A stretch of 64,000 nt of DNA from Gemmatimonadota bacterium (lineage in GTDB: Bacteria > Gemmatimonadota > Gemmatimonadetes > Palauibacterales > Palauibacteraceae), in the NCBI GenBank assembly GCA_039587395.1, contig JBDHIQ010000002.1:1171-65170 (forward strand), read 5' to 3'. Below the pieces are notes generated by a model that worked only from the letters and a program-made list of their open reading frames with translations, made no database searches and was not told the origin of the DNA. Within the stretch, counting starts at the first letter, position 1; every line of letters starts with the position of its first letter. Of this stretch, positions 1 to 9,907 are shown in pieces. Both the position numbers and the translations under genes were made by a program.

Positions 1-84
1 CGTGCCGCGGGTGATGGAGACCTCCACCCTAACGCGCTTCACGCTCAGGCCAATGACGACCGCCGACGCGATGGTCTCTACCAT
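1..84 (-). CDS. hypothetical protein, N-terminal fragment (gene runs off the left edge)
   Basis: Not in the ORF track (too short). Reverse-strand ATG at 84-82 opens MVETIASAVVIGLSVKRVRVEVSITRGT with GC-rich third positions and an in-frame stop just upstream. No family recognised. Confidence 0.35.
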   Translation of the reverse strand, partial: MVETIASAVVIGLSVKRVRVEVSITRGT

Positions 85-251
85 CAGCGGGATTGCCCAC
101 GCTCAACGTTGCATCTCATGCAGCAAGGGTGAGACCGGGCATCAACCAGGTGTCAAGCTGCGCCGCGACCCCGCCACGGGCGTCCCGCGGGCGCATGCCC
201 GGGAGGGTCGCATCCCTTGCGAGCCGCGATCGCACAAGCCAGTCTGGCCAC

Positions 252-992
252 ATGTTCGACCGGTCCTCCGCTCTCCGCCTGTCCGCACTAAGCTGGATGG
301 ACGCGGCCGCCTGGTTCCGCCGTGACCCGCGGCTCATCGTCCCGGTCGCCTCCTGCATGCAGCATGGCCCGCATCTTCCGCTCGGGGCGGATCAGATCAT
401 CATCGAGAGCCTGGCCTGCGGCATTTCTTCCGCACACAAGATCCTGGTGGCCCCTACGCTCTCCTATGGCGCGGCATCGGAACGCGACCAGGAGTACGCG
501 GGGACCGCCTCGATCGGCGCCAAGACCTTGCACCGGGTGCTCAATGATCTCGTGGCCGCCTGGGAGTCACACGGAGTCCGGGAGTTCGTTCTGATGACGG
601 CCCAGGGCTTCGGCCCACACTTTGGCGCACTGGTCAGCGTGATCGCCGAGCGGGCCAGGATCCGGGCGGTGGACATCAACGGGGTGGATCTCTCGGGCTT
701 TCTCACCAACCCGGATCTGCCCGAGCACGCGGGAGAGCTGGAGACGTCGCTGCTGCTGTACCTGGCCCCTGACCTCGTTCATGAGGATAGGATCGCGGAC
801 ACGCCGCTGGAGAGACATGAAGTCGCGGCATTGCTCGTCGGATCGGAACCGGTGCCACCTCCCGGCTCCCCGGGTGTAGTAGGCCATCCGACGTTCGCGT
901 CGGCAGAGAAAGGACGACGAATCTATGACTACCTCGTCGAACATATCGGGAGCAGGCTGTTCGGTCAGCCGCAAGGCTTGGGCGACCAGTAA
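252..992 (+). CDS. creatininase (creatinine amidohydrolase) family protein
   Basis: ORF 93..992. Internal ATG at 252 (MFDRSS...) fits the family length. Motifs CMQHGPHLPLGAD and EHAGELETS are typical of creatininase/MftE-like amidohydrolases. Confidence 0.8.
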   Translation: MFDRSSALRLSALSWMDAAAWFRRDPRLIVPVASCMQHGPHLPLGADQIIIESLACGISSAHKILVAPTLSYGAASERDQEYAGTASIGAKTLHRVLNDLVAAWESHGVREFVLMTAQGFGPHFGALVSVIAERARIRAVDINGVDLSGFLTNPDLPEHAGELETSLLLYLAPDLVHEDRIADTPLERHEVAALLVGSEPVPPPGSPGVVGHPTFASAEKGRRIYDYLVEHIGSRLFGQPQGLGDQ

Positions 993-1671
993 ATCATTGC
1001 CGCTGATTGTCTTACTCCTGGTTTCCACAGTGTCTCCGGCGCCTGGACAGACGGCCACGGAGCTGGACGCCGGACGGTTCGAGATCCGTGTGCAGAACCG
1101 GCGCGTCGGTGTGGAAAGCTTCCGCGTGTGGCGGGAAGATGGCGAGGTAAAGGCCGTCGGCCTGGTAACCCTGGATGGATCAGGATCTGCTCCCATGGAT
1201 GTCCGTCTGCAGGCAGATGAGCGTTTCCGGCCCACGCGCTATGGGCTCCGGGCACCCCAGGCGGGCGTGACGTCCGTGGATGGCGCGTGGACGGACGACC
1301 GGCTGCGGTTGCACATCACCTCCTCCGACGGAGAGCGCTGGAAGGAGTTCCTTACGCCCGGGCAGGTTGCCGTCCTGGAGGACGGCGTGGCACATCACGT
1401 CCTTCTGCTGCTCCAGTTACTGCCGGCGGACCCGGTGGGCACAAGACTCACCGTGATCATCCCCAGTCGCGGCGAGCAGTCCCTGGCCGTGGTGCGCTCG
1501 GTGCGGCAGGAGCCGATTCGGCTGGGCGACGAGACGATGGAGGCCAGAGTGTACGAGCTGGAGGTCTCCGGAAGCGCCCTATTGATCTGGGTCGATGATG
1601 ACGGCCGCGTCGTACAGGTGGCGGCTCCGGACGAGAATCGGATCGCCACCCGGCTTCCCGACACGGGCTAG
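925..1671 (+). CDS. secreted hypothetical protein
   Basis: ORF 925..1671. N-terminal signal-like segment KSLPLIVLLLVSTVSPAPG followed by a beta-rich body. Start uncertain (ATG 925 overlaps the creatininase gene by 68 nt; TTG 997 is an alternative). No family recognised. Confidence 0.55.
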   Translation: MTTSSNISGAGCSVSRKAWATSKSLPLIVLLLVSTVSPAPGQTATELDAGRFEIRVQNRRVGVESFRVWREDGEVKAVGLVTLDGSGSAPMDVRLQADERFRPTRYGLRAPQAGVTSVDGAWTDDRLRLHITSSDGERWKEFLTPGQVAVLEDGVAHHVLLLLQLLPADPVGTRLTVIIPSRGEQSLAVVRSVRQEPIRLGDETMEARVYELEVSGSALLIWVDDDGRVVQVAAPDENRIATRLPDTG

Positions 1672-1792
1672 ACCTCGCCGCCGCCTTCACAGATCCACCT
1701 GTTCCCACTTACCTTTAAGAATTCCGGAACATCCGCCTACCCGCGGGGAGCGGTGTGACCGTGCGCTTCACTCACCCGACAGGGGGAGATTC

Positions 1793-2518
1793 ATGTACGA
1801 CACAACCATGGGAGTGTCAGGCAGCGACGCTCCTGGCACAGCCGGGGGCGGCGAGCCTGTGCCCAACGTCTTCTCCCGGATCGTCCAGGTCTTCGTCTCG
1901 CCCGGCGCGCTGTTCGAACGTCTGAAGAACAACCCGGTGTGGATGGACGTCATGCTGCTGATGATCGTAGTCGGGCTGGCCGGCTACTTCATGATCGTCG
2001 AGAGTCCGCTCATGGTCACCATTCAGGAGCAGGCTGCGGCGCGGGCGGGAACCGATGTCCCGATGGAGCAGCTGGCTATCGCCAAGTGGTCCATGCGGAT
2101 CTTCGCGCTGGTCGGTACACCCCTCTTCATGGCCATCATCGCTGCCGTCCTGCTTCTGATCTTCAACGTGCTGCTGGGCGGTGAGGCGACATTCCGGCAG
2201 CTGTTCAGCGCGACCACCCACGCATCGATTATCAACTTCGTGGGCGGGATGATCACCTGGCCTCTCATTCGGGCCCGTCAGGATGTAGAGATCACGCTGG
2301 CTCTCGATCTGCTCGTTCCGGGACTCAGTGAGGGGTACCTGTACCGTGTTCTGCACGGCATCAACTTCTTCAGCCTGTGGACCGGGTTCGTCCTCGGGAT
2401 CGCGGTGAGCAAGATCTACCCGGGACGAAGCGCCGGATCCTCAGCCGCGATCATCATCGGTGTGTACGTGGCCATCGTCGCCATCTTCGCGGTGTTCGGT
2501 GGCGGCCCGGGTAGCTGA
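1793..2518 (+). CDS. Yip1-domain multi-pass membrane protein
   Basis: ATG at 1793 is in frame with ORF 1595..2518 and preceded by AGGGGGAGA. Short cytosolic N-terminus (FSRIVQVFVSPGALFERLKNNPVW) followed by about 5 hydrophobic helices, as in the Yip1/DUF1282 family. Confidence 0.65.
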   Translation: MYDTTMGVSGSDAPGTAGGGEPVPNVFSRIVQVFVSPGALFERLKNNPVWMDVMLLMIVVGLAGYFMIVESPLMVTIQEQAAARAGTDVPMEQLAIAKWSMRIFALVGTPLFMAIIAAVLLLIFNVLLGGEATFRQLFSATTHASIINFVGGMITWPLIRARQDVEITLALDLLVPGLSEGYLYRVLHGINFFSLWTGFVLGIAVSKIYPGRSAGSSAAIIIGVYVAIVAIFAVFGGGPGS

Positions 2519-2671
2519 GGGCAGCGCGACAGCTCGCCCGGGGCACCGCAGACGGGTTGGGGGGTTTATCCACCGTCGCCATTGAAACCGGTCGCCCCCG
2601 CGATGCGTACCGTTTCGCGGGGGTTGCACCATAGCAGACGCCGCGTTCAGCGCGGCCTGGCAGGCATTGGA

Positions 2672-3958
2672 ATGAGCCGCAAGAAGAAGGTCATAATTGG
2701 TGTGGTGGTGGTGGCGCTCATCGCCGTCCTCGCGTTCAATGCTCTCCGGCAGGAGAGTGGCGGGACGGTAGAGGTGCGCGTCGAGAACGTGCACCGGCGC
2801 GATCTCGTGGCACAGGTCTCGGCTACGGGCCATATCGAGCCCCAGACATCGGTCGACATCACGACGGACGTGGCCGGCCGGATCGTCGATCTGCCGGTCG
2901 AGGAGGGGCAGGACGTGGCGGAAGGCGACCTCCTGCTGGTCATCGACCCGGCTCAATACCAGGCGGCGGTCAGCCGTTCCCGCGCGGCGCTCTCCCAGGC
3001 CCGGGCGAACCAGGCTCAGGCCCGCGCCAACTACATACAGTCATCCCGGGATGCGGAGCGGCTCACGGAGCTGAAGAACCGCATCCCCGACATGGTGACG
3101 GATACGGAAGTCGAGCAGGCGGTCACCCTGGCCGAGGCGCAGAGGGCGCTGTGGCAGGCGACGGAGCACGCGGTGGATCAGGCGGTGGCCAGTCTGGACC
3201 AGGCCAGCGATCAGCTCAGCAAGACGGTCATCAGTGCGCCGATGAGCGGCCGGGTCACCCGTCTCAACGTGGAGCGTGGAGAAACGGCCATCGTGGGCAC
3301 GATGAACAACCCGGGCAGCCTTCTGCTGACCATCGCGGACCTGTCTACGATGGAGGCCGTCGTGGAAGTCGACGAGACCGATATCCCCGACATCGCAGTG
3401 GGTGACTCGACCTCGGTGGAGATCGACGCCTTTCCAAATCAGCGGTTCTCCGGCGTGGTGACCAAGATCGGGAACAGCTCCATTGTGCCCCGCCAGCCTT
3501 CGGTCGCGGGGAGCAATCAGGCGATCGATTTCGAAGTGCGGATCACGCTTGACGACCCCCCCACGGCCGTACGGCCGGATCTTTCGGCCACGGCGGACAT
3601 CATCACGGACACTCGGTCCGGTGTGCTGGCTATCCCGATCACGGCGTTGACGCTGATGGATGCAGACGATTTCGAGCGCGTGCCGAACGAGAACGTGGCC
3701 GAGTCGGAGCAGCCGTTCGACCAGGAGGGAGACGTCGAGGGCGTGTTCATCGCCGACGACGGCGTGGCGCATTTCCGTCCGGTGAGAATCGGCATCGCGG
3801 GCGAGAACTACTTCGAGGTGTTATCCGGCCTCGAGGAGGGTCAGACGGTCGTCTCCGGTTCGTTCCAGGCTATTCGCGACCTGGAGGACGGGGGTCGTAT
3901 CCGCGTCACCGCCGCCGACACCACGGAATCGACGACGCGCGGGGCAGCGGGCGGATAA
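2672..3958 (+). CDS. efflux transporter periplasmic adaptor subunit (HlyD/MacA-like membrane fusion protein)
   Basis: ORF 2582..3958, start taken at ATG 2672 (MSRKKKVIIGVVVVALIAV membrane anchor). Has a lipoyl-like segment (GRIVDLPVEEGQDVAEGDLLLVIDP), a coiled-coil hairpin and a beta-barrel part. Sits immediately upstream of the ABC ATPase and permeases. Confidence 0.85.
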   Translation: MSRKKKVIIGVVVVALIAVLAFNALRQESGGTVEVRVENVHRRDLVAQVSATGHIEPQTSVDITTDVAGRIVDLPVEEGQDVAEGDLLLVIDPAQYQAAVSRSRAALSQARANQAQARANYIQSSRDAERLTELKNRIPDMVTDTEVEQAVTLAEAQRALWQATEHAVDQAVASLDQASDQLSKTVISAPMSGRVTRLNVERGETAIVGTMNNPGSLLLTIADLSTMEAVVEVDETDIPDIAVGDSTSVEIDAFPNQRFSGVVTKIGNSSIVPRQPSVAGSNQAIDFEVRITLDDPPTAVRPDLSATADIITDTRSGVLAIPITALTLMDADDFERVPNENVAESEQPFDQEGDVEGVFIADDGVAHFRPVRIGIAGENYFEVLSGLEEGQTVVSGSFQAIRDLEDGGRIRVTAADTTESTTRGAAGG

Positions 3959-4072
3959 GCGGCGAGCCGGGCCGGGTCCCGGCTGGGAGACATCGAGCGG
4001 AACTGCTGGCGCCGGGATCCCGCGACACACAGCGCCAAATACGGCATCAGACTATAGAAGAAACGGCAGAAT

Positions 4073-4804
4073 ATGGATCATCAGGATGCGGTGATTGTCA
4101 CCCACGGGCTGAAGAAGGACTATCACATGGGCGCCGAGACCGTGCATGCGCTGCGCGGTGTGGACCTCACGATCGGACGGAACGAGTACGTCGCGATCAT
4201 GGGTCCGTCGGGATCCGGCAAATCCACGCTGATGAACCTCATCGGCTGCCTGGACACGCCCAGTGCCGGCGAATACGTGCTGAACGGTCAGGCCGTTCAG
4301 GATCTGAACGACGACGAGTTGGCTCGCATTCGGAATCGAGAGATCGGTTTCGTGTTCCAGACGTTCAACCTGCTCCCACGAGCCACGGCGCTTCACAACG
4401 TGGAGCTGCCACTCATCTACGCAGGCATCGGCGCGAAGGAACGCCAGGCGAAGGCGGCTGCGGCGCTGGAGCGCGTGCAGCTGGCCGACCGCATGGATCA
4501 CCGACCCAATGAGCTTTCGGGTGGACAGCGGCAGCGCGTGGCCATCGCGCGCGCGCTGGTGAACAGCCCTTCGATCCTCCTGGCGGACGAGCCCACGGGG
4601 AACCTGGATTCGACCACGTCTTCGGAGATTATGGACGTGATCGACGGTCTGTATGACGCCGGCCAGACCATCATCATGGTCACGCACGAGCATGATATCT
4701 GCGCCCACGCGCACCGCGTCGTGACCATCATCGACGGCATGATCGGCTCGCAAGATGCCCAACTGGGAGTCACGGCCGGGACGGGCGCCGGAACCGGCGC
4801 TTAG
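4073..4804 (+). CDS. ABC transporter ATP-binding protein (MacB/LolD-type)
   Basis: Walker [10 protein letters not shown], signature [15 protein letters not shown], Walker [14 protein letters not shown]-loop VTHE. Confidence 0.92.
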   Translation: MDHQDAVIVTHGLKKDYHMGAETVHALRGVDLTIGRNEYVAIMGPSGSGKSTLMNLIGCLDTPSAGEYVLNGQAVQDLNDDELARIRNREIGFVFQTFNLLPRATALHNVELPLIYAGIGAKERQAKAAAALERVQLADRMDHRPNELSGGQRQRVAIARALVNSPSILLADEPTGNLDSTTSSEIMDVIDGLYDAGQTIIMVTHEHDICAHAHRVVTIIDGMIGSQDAQLGVTAGTGAGTGA

Positions 4805-4816
4805 GAGGAGCCCGGC

Positions 4817-6061
4817 ATGAGGTTCTGGGAGGGGGTCCGCCTGTCGCTTCAGCAGATCAGGGCGCACAAGCTGAAGTCCTTCTTCAGCCTGATCGGCGTG
4901 ATCATCGGCATCACCTTCCTCATCGCCGTCATCACCATCGTCGAGGGCATGAACCGCTATGTGCAGGAGGACTTTGCCGGTTCGATCTTCGGGGTGAACA
5001 CCTTCACCGTGGTCCGGCGTAGCCAGGTCTCGACGGGGCCACAGTCCGAGGAGAGGCGGAGGCGGCAGGCACGCAACCCGGAGCTGACCCTGCATGACGT
5101 GGATGTGGTGCGCAGCGCCTGGCCCGATGCGCAGTACTTTGCCTACTCCGCGGACCGCGGCGTATCCGAGGTCCGGCACGGACAACTGAGCCGCAAGAAC
5201 GTTCGCGTCATCGGGGGCTCGGAAGAGTACCAGGCCGTTCAGGGCTGGAAGGTGGAGTTCGGCCGCGGGCTGACCCCGCTGGATGAACAGCGAAGTCTGA
5301 GGGTCGCGGTGATCGGGATGGAGATCGCGGAGCGACTGTTTCCCACCACCTCCGCGCTCGACAAGGACATTCGGGTCGGCGGCCAGCGGTTCACCGTGGC
5401 CGGCGTGTTCGAGAAGCAGGGAGGCATGCTGGGCAACATTCGGGATGCCTCCATTCTTCTTCCCTTCTCGACCTACGACCAGACCATGTCGCGACGTCGG
5501 GAGGGGGTCGAGGAGATCCACGTCAAGGTGGCCCAGGCCGACGATATGGAGCCCGCGATGGCGGAGGTCGAAGGCGCCATGCGGCGCGACCGCCAGCTGC
5601 GGCCGGGAGAAGAAAACAACTTCTGGCTCCAGACGTCCAGCGACCTCCTCAGTGCCTGGGAGACCATTAATCGGATCCTCATGACCGCGATCCCCGGGCT
5701 GGTGGGCGTTTCGCTGGTGGTTGGCGGGATCGTGATCATGAACATCATGCTGCTCTCCGTCACGGATCGGACAAAGGAGATCGGGCTGCGCAAGGCGCTG
5801 GGCGCCAAGCGACGCGACATCCTGTGGCAGTTTCTGGTCGAAGCCTCGACGCTGTCGGTGGTCGGAGCCGGAATCGGGATCCTGGTTGGGCTGGGGCTGG
5901 CCAAGTTCGTGGAGGCCATCACACCGATGCCCGCCTCCGTGTCGGGAACATCGCTGGCCATCGCTCTCGCCCTGGGCCTGGTTGTCGGTATTTCGTCCGG
6001 CCTCTATCCGGCCAACCGGGCATCGCGCCTGGACCCGATCGAAGCGCTGCGCTGGGAGTGA
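4817..6061 (+). CDS. ABC transporter permease, FtsX/MacB-like with periplasmic domain
   Basis: N-terminal TM, about 230 aa periplasmic domain, and a C-terminal FtsX block (TDRTKEIGLRKALGAKRRDILWQFLVEA ... YPANRASRLDPIEALR). Confidence 0.87.
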   Translation: MRFWEGVRLSLQQIRAHKLKSFFSLIGVIIGITFLIAVITIVEGMNRYVQEDFAGSIFGVNTFTVVRRSQVSTGPQSEERRRRQARNPELTLHDVDVVRSAWPDAQYFAYSADRGVSEVRHGQLSRKNVRVIGGSEEYQAVQGWKVEFGRGLTPLDEQRSLRVAVIGMEIAERLFPTTSALDKDIRVGGQRFTVAGVFEKQGGMLGNIRDASILLPFSTYDQTMSRRREGVEEIHVKVAQADDMEPAMAEVEGAMRRDRQLRPGEENNFWLQTSSDLLSAWETINRILMTAIPGLVGVSLVVGGIVIMNIMLLSVTDRTKEIGLRKALGAKRRDILWQFLVEASTLSVVGAGIGILVGLGLAKFVEAITPMPASVSGTSLAIALALGLVVGISSGLYPANRASRLDPIEALRWE

Positions 6062-6067
6062 TCCGCC

Positions 6068-7357
6068 ATGGCACTTCCTGACGTCCGACTGGGCTTCTTC
6101 GCCACTATCACCGAGGGCGTGGGCGTCGCGTTTACGGCGCTCGGGGCCAACAAGGTGCGGACCGGGCTCACCGTGCTGGGCGTTACCATCGGAGTACTGG
6201 TGGTCATGGTCATGGCGGCCGTCATCACGGGGGTGAACAAGAGCTTCAGCGAGCTACTATCGTCTCGTGGCACGGAGACCTTCTACGTGGCGCATTACGA
6301 CTTCTCCTCGGGGGGCATGAGTACCGGGCTCGAGGAGGAGGAGCCGGAGTTCTTCCGCAACGATCCCATCAACCCCAGGTTCGCGCGCACGCTGTCCCGG
6401 CTTCCGGAAATCATGTCGGCGTCCGCGGTCGCCGACCTCAGTCAGGGCGGCTACCGGGCCACCTGGGGATCGAACGAGGTCGAGATCTCGCTCGTCGCCA
6501 GCGGTGCCGACTTCATGGACATCGACAACGGGGACATCGTCTACGGAAGGTTCTTCTCGCAAACCGAAGATGACCGGCGCACACCTGTGGCCGTCATCGA
6601 TTCAGCCGCGTCGATGGATCTCTTCCATGGTCTCGACCCGTTGGGCCGGACCATCCGCATCGGCGTTACCGGCGGCGGGACCGCGGTCTTCAAGGTGATC
6701 GGCATCTACAAGGCGCCGCCCAACCTGTTTGCGGGCTTTGCCAGCCACTACGTGTTCGTGCCGTTTCACGCAGCCGACAAGCACCTGCCCGTATGGGACC
6801 GTCTGGTATCTCTGGTCGTCCGACCCGAACCGGGCGTCCCGCTCGAGCAGGCGCTGGACGCTGTACACGCCCGGCTGCGCCAGCTTCGCGGCTTGAAAGC
6901 CGGACAGGAAGACGATTTCGACCTCATGACCCAGGACCAGATCGTCGATCTGTGGAACAGCCTGACGTCCGTCCTGTTCACGGTGATGGTGGCCTTGTCC
7001 AGTGTCGGGCTGCTGGTAGGCGGGGTCGGCGTGATCGGGATCATGATGATCTCGGTGACCGAACGCACCCGGGAGATCGGTCTCCGCAAGTCCATCGGCG
7101 CCCGCAAGCGTGACATTCTGTGGCAGTTCCTGGTCGAGGCCGCCACGCTGACCCTGTTTGGCGGAGCGTGCGGGATGGCCGTCGGCGGAGCGATAGTCTG
7201 GGCGCTCAATGCCTGGACCCCGGTCCCGGCGGTAGTGCCCATGTGGTCTATCGCAGCCGCGCTGGCCGCTTCCGCCTTCACGGGCATCGGGTTTGGATTG
7301 TATCCCGCATCGCGTGCCGCCAAGCTGGACCCGGTGGTCGCGCTGCACTACGAGTAG
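6068..7357 (+). CDS. ABC transporter permease, FtsX/MacB-like (second paralogue)
   Basis: Same architecture as the preceding gene (TERTREIGLRKSIGARKRDILWQFLVEA ... YPASRAAKLDPVVAL). Confidence 0.87.
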   Translation: MALPDVRLGFFATITEGVGVAFTALGANKVRTGLTVLGVTIGVLVVMVMAAVITGVNKSFSELLSSRGTETFYVAHYDFSSGGMSTGLEEEEPEFFRNDPINPRFARTLSRLPEIMSASAVADLSQGGYRATWGSNEVEISLVASGADFMDIDNGDIVYGRFFSQTEDDRRTPVAVIDSAASMDLFHGLDPLGRTIRIGVTGGGTAVFKVIGIYKAPPNLFAGFASHYVFVPFHAADKHLPVWDRLVSLVVRPEPGVPLEQALDAVHARLRQLRGLKAGQEDDFDLMTQDQIVDLWNSLTSVLFTVMVALSSVGLLVGGVGVIGIMMISVTERTREIGLRKSIGARKRDILWQFLVEAATLTLFGGACGMAVGGAIVWALNAWTPVPAVVPMWSIAAALAASAFTGIGFGLYPASRAAKLDPVVALHYE

Positions 7358-7401
7358 CCGCCGGTACCGACGGGACGACCAACAAGGACAGACATCAGCC
7401 C

Positions 7402-8121
7402 ATGTCAACCGTGGACATCCTCGCGATCGCTCCCCACCCGGATGATGTCGAGCTGACGTGCGGCGGGACCCTGGTGAAGAGCGCGGATCAGGGCTACGCG
7501 ACCGGCATCCTGGACCTGACCCGGGGAGAGACCGCGACGCGGGGGACGCCCGAGCTGCGCGCCGAAGAAGCCGCCAGGGCGGCGGAGATCCTGGGCGTGT
7601 CGGTGCGCGAGAACGCGGGATTGCCGGATGCGGGGCTGTTCAACACGACCCGGAACCGCGAGGTGGTGGCCGGCGTGCTCCGCCGACTGCAGCCGCGCGT
7701 GGTAATTCTGCCGTTCTTCCGCGGCCGGCACCCGGATCACCGGATCGCATCCGAGCTGGGCCGGGACGCATGCTTCCTGGCCAAGCTGGGCAACTTCGGC
7801 GGTGGACCGGCACACAAGACGCACAAGATCCTGTACGCGCTGGCGTACCGAGAGGACCCCGTGAAGCCTACGTTCGTGGTGGGATTGACCGAAGAGCAGC
7901 ACGCCAGGAAGGTGGAGGCCATCCGCTGCTATGCGTCACAGTTCGACGGTGTGCAGGCGGCCGGTGAGCTCTTCCCGACCGGCCAGTCCCTGTATGACCT
8001 GATCGAGTCGCAAGGCCGGCACTACGGGTCCCGCGTCCGACAGCCGTTTGGAGAGCCGTTCTTCACGGAGGAGACGGTCGCGGTGGACGACCTGGTGTCT
8101 CTGGAAGTGCTGTCCCTGTAG
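7402..8121 (+). CDS. bshB1: PIG-L family deacetylase, BshB1-like (bacillithiol biosynthesis deacetylase)
   Basis: ATG 7402 in frame with ORF 7120..8121. Motifs AIAPHPDDVELTCGG and ILDLTRGETATRG fit the LmbE/PIG-L fold and the BshB1 subfamily pattern. Confidence 0.65.
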   Translation: MSTVDILAIAPHPDDVELTCGGTLVKSADQGYATGILDLTRGETATRGTPELRAEEAARAAEILGVSVRENAGLPDAGLFNTTRNREVVAGVLRRLQPRVVILPFFRGRHPDHRIASELGRDACFLAKLGNFGGGPAHKTHKILYALAYREDPVKPTFVVGLTEEQHARKVEAIRCYASQFDGVQAAGELFPTGQSLYDLIESQGRHYGSRVRQPFGEPFFTEETVAVDDLVSLEVLSL

Positions 8122-8180
8122 GCCGGGACAGGCCCTGCGCAACACAAGCCCCTGCAGAAAGGGCTCCGGTCGGGCCCCGC

Positions 8181-8540
8181 TCAGGCGTCGGCCGGCCGAT
8201 TGCTGCAGCGGACCTCGATCAGCAGACGCTTCCACGTCGGAACGGTCTCGTCACCCACCTTCAGGACTCTGGCCGTCGCGCGTCCTCCAGCCCGGATCCA
8301 CGGACCGAGCCATGCGGAGATCTCCGGCGGCAGGTGGCCGAGCGGATCACCAGCTTCCACGTGGACCCACACCTCGTCGGGAGCCGCACCGGGAGGACTT
8401 GCCAGCAGCAGGATCTCCGCGCCCCGCTCCAGACCACTCAGGTGCCGGGTGCGACCGGCAAACGCCAGACCGTGCACGGTGCTGCGAAACACCCTGGCGG
8501 CAGGGGGGGCCAGTTCGACGGGTCTCTGTCCGGGATTCAT
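8181..8540 (-). CDS. small HIRAN-like domain protein (tentative)
   Basis: 119 aa ORF on the opposite strand to its neighbours. The pattern VHGLAF.G....L..GAEILLLASP.....DEVWVHV..GDPLGHLPPEISAWLGPWI..GG...ARVLKV resembles the HIRAN fold signature (V.G..Y.....L..G..L.L.RE..N..D..AI.V....G..LG.LP.E.A..L.P). Pattern-level call only. Confidence 0.4.
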   Translation of the reverse strand: MNPGQRPVELAPPAARVFRSTVHGLAFAGRTRHLSGLERGAEILLLASPPGAAPDEVWVHVEAGDPLGHLPPEISAWLGPWIRAGGRATARVLKVGDETVPTWKRLLIEVRCSNRPADA

Positions 8541-8715
8541 CTCGTGGGATTGCCGCGTTCAGTGCGGAAAGGCGCATCCTGCATACGGTCTGTAAGTTAC
8601 GAGGTGCCGGGGTCGGGTGAAACCGACGGGGCGTGCGGAACCCGCTCTTGCCCTCAGGATACTAGGATGCCCGGTGAGCGGGCGATCAGCGCCCGCTCAG
8701 CCACCCATTCTCTGA

Positions 8716-9897
8716 TTGCGTGCCATGCAGCAGAATCAAGAACAGCGCGGGCCGATCTACCTGGACTACGCGGCCACCGCTCCGCTTCGTCCGGACGTGT
8801 GGGCGGCCATGGAAAAGGAATTGCCGCGGGCGTACAACCCGGCCAGCGTGCATGCCCCCGGCCGGGACGCTTCGCGTAGCCTCGAGTCCGCCCGCCAGGG
8901 CCTGGCCGCCAGCCTGCACTGCGACCCACGCGAGATTGTACTGACCTCCGGAGGGACCCAGTCCAACAACCTCGCTGTCCTGGGATTCGCGCGGGCGCAC
9001 TCCGGTCGCAACCCGAGGATCCTGATCTCGGCCATCGAGCACAAGGCAGTATCGGAGGCGGCCGGTAGAGCCGCCGACGAAGGCGCCCGCGTCGTTGTCA
9101 TCCCCGTCGACCGGACGGGGACCGTTCGGCTCCAGGAGCTCGAGACGGCGCTGGCGGACGGTGGCGGCCCGACCCTGGTATCGATCATGTGGGCCAACAA
9201 CGAGGTGGGAGCCCTGCAACCGGTCGAGGAGATCTGCCGACTCGCACGCGAGCACGGGGCGCTGTTTCACACGGACGCCGTTCAGGCCGTGGGCAAAGTG
9301 CAGGTCTCGCTGACTCGCGTCCCGGCCGACCTGGCCACCGTGACGGCGCACAAGCTGGGCGGGCCGGTCGGCGTCGGTCTGCTGGTACGAAGGGCCGCGG
9401 CGAGGCTCCAGCCCATTACGTACGGTGGCAGCCAGGAGGGCGGGCTGTGGCCGGGCACGCAGAACCCGCTGGCGGCCACCGGGTTCGCTGCCGCGGTTCA
9501 GCTCGCGGTCCGCGAGCAGCCTGCCGCGGCCGAGCGCTGGAGACGGCTGCGCGATGGACTCGCTCAGGTGCTCGCGGAGGGCATTCCGGATCTGCGGATC
9601 CACGCCGAAGAGGCACAGCGGCTGCCCAACTTGCTCAGCGTGGGGATCCCGGGGTGCGACACCGGCGCGCTCCTGCTCGCCCTGGACATGGCCGGGGTCG
9701 CCGTCTCGGCAGGCTCGGCGTGCAGCAGCGGATCGACGAGCGGTTCGGAGGTTCTGGGTGCTATGGGTCTGGAGTCTTCCGCTGCGTATGCAACGTTGCG
9801 CTTCAGCTTCGGTTTCGCCACGGAATCCGCTGAGGTTGACCGCGCCGGCCGGGTTGCGGTGGACGCCGTCCGGCGGCAGCTGGCCGCGGCCGGCTGA
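8716..9897 (+). CDS. cysteine desulfurase (NifS/IscS-like, class V aminotransferase)
   Basis: IYLDYAATAP N-terminus, PLP-lysine context TVTAHKLGGPVGVGLL, catalytic Cys loop SAGSACSSGS. Directly upstream of mnmA. Confidence 0.88.
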   Translation: MRAMQQNQEQRGPIYLDYAATAPLRPDVWAAMEKELPRAYNPASVHAPGRDASRSLESARQGLAASLHCDPREIVLTSGGTQSNNLAVLGFARAHSGRNPRILISAIEHKAVSEAAGRAADEGARVVVIPVDRTGTVRLQELETALADGGGPTLVSIMWANNEVGALQPVEEICRLAREHGALFHTDAVQAVGKVQVSLTRVPADLATVTAHKLGGPVGVGLLVRRAAARLQPITYGGSQEGGLWPGTQNPLAATGFAAAVQLAVREQPAAAERWRRLRDGLAQVLAEGIPDLRIHAEEAQRLPNLLSVGIPGCDTGALLLALDMAGVAVSAGSACSSGSTSGSEVLGAMGLESSAAYATLRFSFGFATESAEVDRAGRVAVDAVRRQLAAAG

Positions 9898-9907
9898 AGC
9901 AGGTCCT

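Noticed and set aside
2-325. 107 aa plus-strand ORF at the left edge as the end of an upstream gene
   Set aside because: The translation is not protein-like and would overlap the creatininase gene. The reverse strand instead shows a GC3-rich start of a gene leaving the window (1-84).
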